A stretch of 64,000 nucleotides of DNA, from positions 99,014,001-99,078,000 of the forward strand of contig OZ287748.1 in the NCBI GenBank assembly GCA_965649765.1, given 5' to 3'. The position numbers were made by a program, and so were the translations under genes. Below are positions 61,901-64,000 of the stretch, in pieces. Positions within the stretch are counted from its first letter, which is position 1. Each line of letters begins with the position of its first letter. The stretch is from Bispira polyomma. Taxonomy: Eukaryota. The notes under the pieces were generated by a model that saw only the letters and a list, made by a program, of their open reading frames with translations, did no database searches and was not told the origin of the DNA.

Positions 61901-63070
61901 ATATGTAAACAATGGTAGGGCAAAACTGCCTGCACTAAAAGAGAGTTCCAGTCACTGCTTGTCTCCTTGTTGTATGTATCAAAGTGTATAAAATGCTGCA
62001 ACTTCTCAGGTTTCGGGGATAACCACAGTAAAAACAGCTTTTCTGTCACAAGTGAGTTTAAAAGAGATTTGAAATGGTTTACCACCTTCATACAGCAGTT
62101 TAATGGGGTTAGTTTTTTTTGCCCGCAAACTAATACAGGCACAGGTCGAGCTAGATGCTTGCCTTACGAGAATGGGAGGTACATATGTCAATCAGGTTCA
62201 TAAACTCAATATCCCCAGTGAAATGACCCAAGACAATATAGCCTCCTTGGAAATGCTTAATATTCTGGTCGCTTTAAAACTCTGGGCCCATGCTTGGCAG
62301 GGCAAACGGGTACTTTTTAAATGTGACAACCAAGCAGTTCTCAGTGTCCTGACCAGTGGTCGCACACTAGACCCAGTTTTGGCCACCTATACCAGGGATA
62401 TCTACATGGTAGCTAGCCAGTATGATATTGACATTAAGTAATCCACATCTTAGGAGTTAAAAATAAAGTCGCAGACTTGTTATCCAGGTTGGATAAAACT
62501 AAGGAAAATTTCAAATTGCTGCATGAATGGGTGGGACCTGTCATATGGATCCCGACCCATACAGGCCTCTTAAATGTTGATAAGAGTATATAGTATGTGT
62601 ACAGTATGTATTTGTGTTTATGTATTAGGTTTACACCTGGTGGGATCCTTACTGACGAAGTTGGCCTGTGACAGGATACACACTGCCTTTGCAGCTTCTA
62701 CCTCTAACGCCTATAACAGCATGTTTGGTCTCTTCCTGACTTTTAACATATTCATGATTTGGCCAGTCAATCAGGTGAATGCGTTTCAGTTATTAGCTTA
62801 TTTGGAATTTCTTAATTATGGGGCATAAGGTAACCTTACATTTGGCTAGTACATAATGTACTCATCCAAATTATTTCAAAATCAAATTTTAATTTTATCA
62901 AACTTTATTAATTCACTTATCAAATTCAAATCTAAACTTAATTTTTAAAAATTAAATTCACCCTTAACTTATGGTAACCTCAAACTTTATACAAATGTCT
63001 CCATAAATTTATGGTTACCTTAAAAATTTTCTACTTGATTTATGGTTACCTTATGCCCCCTCAAACTCAA
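58990..63070 (+). mobile_element. DIRS-type retrotransposon, near full layout but decayed (gag, RT, RNase H, YR N-terminus)
   Basis: gag CTKCGTKHIPPVGSKC (59284), WPQNHV..YDDL..QWMYGF (60044); YWDWQLPLLIKY..NHKS..ILGPF (61032); FKVDIS; CLGILINT; ELDACL...EMLNILVALKLW...CDNQA (62103); LLAYLEFL (62800); TTTATGGTTACCTT terminal repeats. Confidence 0.9.
59664..59920 (+). mobile_element. Full-length tRNA-derived SINE with 15-bp TSD, inserted in DIRS gag
   Basis: A box TGGCCTAGTGG, B box GTTCGAATCCC, GTTTCCTCC body motif, (CAAATT)n tail; TSD TCCTAAAGCAGAATG at 59649-59663 and 59921-59935. Confidence 0.92.
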
Positions 63071-63399
63071 CTGTATATATTTAATGTTAGCTCTAGCCTT
63101 AGTCACTAACAAAATATACCGCAATTGTTTTACTGTGTTCTATTAAGGCAACTTCTTACTGTAACTGGCCCATGAGGAACTGTGCTATATTTAAAATTAA
63201 ATAATAAGTAAGAAAGGCTAAGAACTAATAAGAATGAGCTTTATTTCTGGGCTCCTGGCCCCACTTCCGGGCCCTATTTCCAAGCTCTTCTGGACTTTAC
63301 TTCTGGGCCCCACGTTATATTTTCATATTATTCATAAAATTATAAGTAGATAAATAACTTATATATTAACAAAAAGCCGGAATTCAAATAGTTTTTGAG

Positions 63400-63870
63400 A
63401 TCTAATCTAATCTCACTTTTATAGGGCTTATTTCCGTGCTTGCAGATAGGAAAATCATTTTCATAATTTAATATAGTACATTGGATGTACAGGGGTTATA
63501 ACCGTAGAGACGCCGTAAATGGAAAGGTGGAAAGCCTTGCTTTGAGCTTCTTTATAAAACAGGTAAGTGATGAGGCAGTGCGAATATTATGAGGCAGATC
63601 ATTTCACAGCTTAAGAGCATCATAAAAGAAACTATTGTTGAAATGTCTTTTTGACTTGAGCTGATTGTACCAAGGTAGGGACACTTATCAGGCCTACTTC
63701 ACCTTGTATTGAGTTGACATGCATAGAGAGAAATGTAAGAACTGAAATTCTGAGAGAGACCTGAATTGAGGTAGTTATAGATTAAGGTAGCAGTTTCGAA
63801 TATTACAACATATTCGATAGACATCCAGTGGAGGGTTTTTAAACAGGAGTAATGTGAGTAAAGACTTTCT
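63400..63870 (-). mobile_element. L2 LINE 3' fragment (duplicate of 56765-57320)
   Basis: Colinear with 56765-57290; (GATTA)n tail on the minus strand. Confidence 0.8.
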
Positions 63871-64000
63871 CATCACTAGCAAATGACAATCAGAGTCAAA
63901 CGTTGGGACTTGGAGCCAAACAGAATGATTTCTCCCTTATCCAGATTTAACTTATTGGCAAACATCTACTTTTGAACATCATCAAGGCAGCGTTTTAGGT

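Larger units (their letters stand above)
55730..63870. repeat. Old tandem segmental duplication (unit A 55730-57330; unit B 57330-63870, interrupted)
   Basis: 55731-56225 matches 57329-57800 + 58885-58940; 56715-57290 matches 63320-63870. Confidence 0.8.

Overview
AT-rich eukaryotic (metazoan, probably marine invertebrate) genomic DNA, mostly nested and decayed transposable elements. These are L2/CR1-group LINEs (three long RT-bearing copies plus many 3' fragments), at least six DIRS-type (tyrosine-recombinase) retroelement fragments, two PIF/Harbinger elements with MADF-type and transposase remnants (one of 8.6 kb with large internal cargo), several MITE/foldback elements with identifiable TIRs/TSDs, and tRNA-derived SINEs. 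Host-gene content is sparse: (i) a two-exon minus-strand caspase-like gene (48210-50847) with intact SHG/QACRG catalytic motifs, substitutions at both canonical S1-pocket arginines, and an unrecognised beta-rich C-terminal region reached only through a frameshift; (ii) a terminal exon of a 2OG-Fe(II) oxygenase (46069-46275); (iii) a Thr-rich mucin-like exon. A tentative, heavily eroded negative-strand RNA virus L-polymerase-like endogenous element lies at about 32100-33345. No prokaryotic systems, CRISPR arrays, rRNA or bona fide tRNA genes were seen. All family calls rest on motif recognition by eye; no searches were run.
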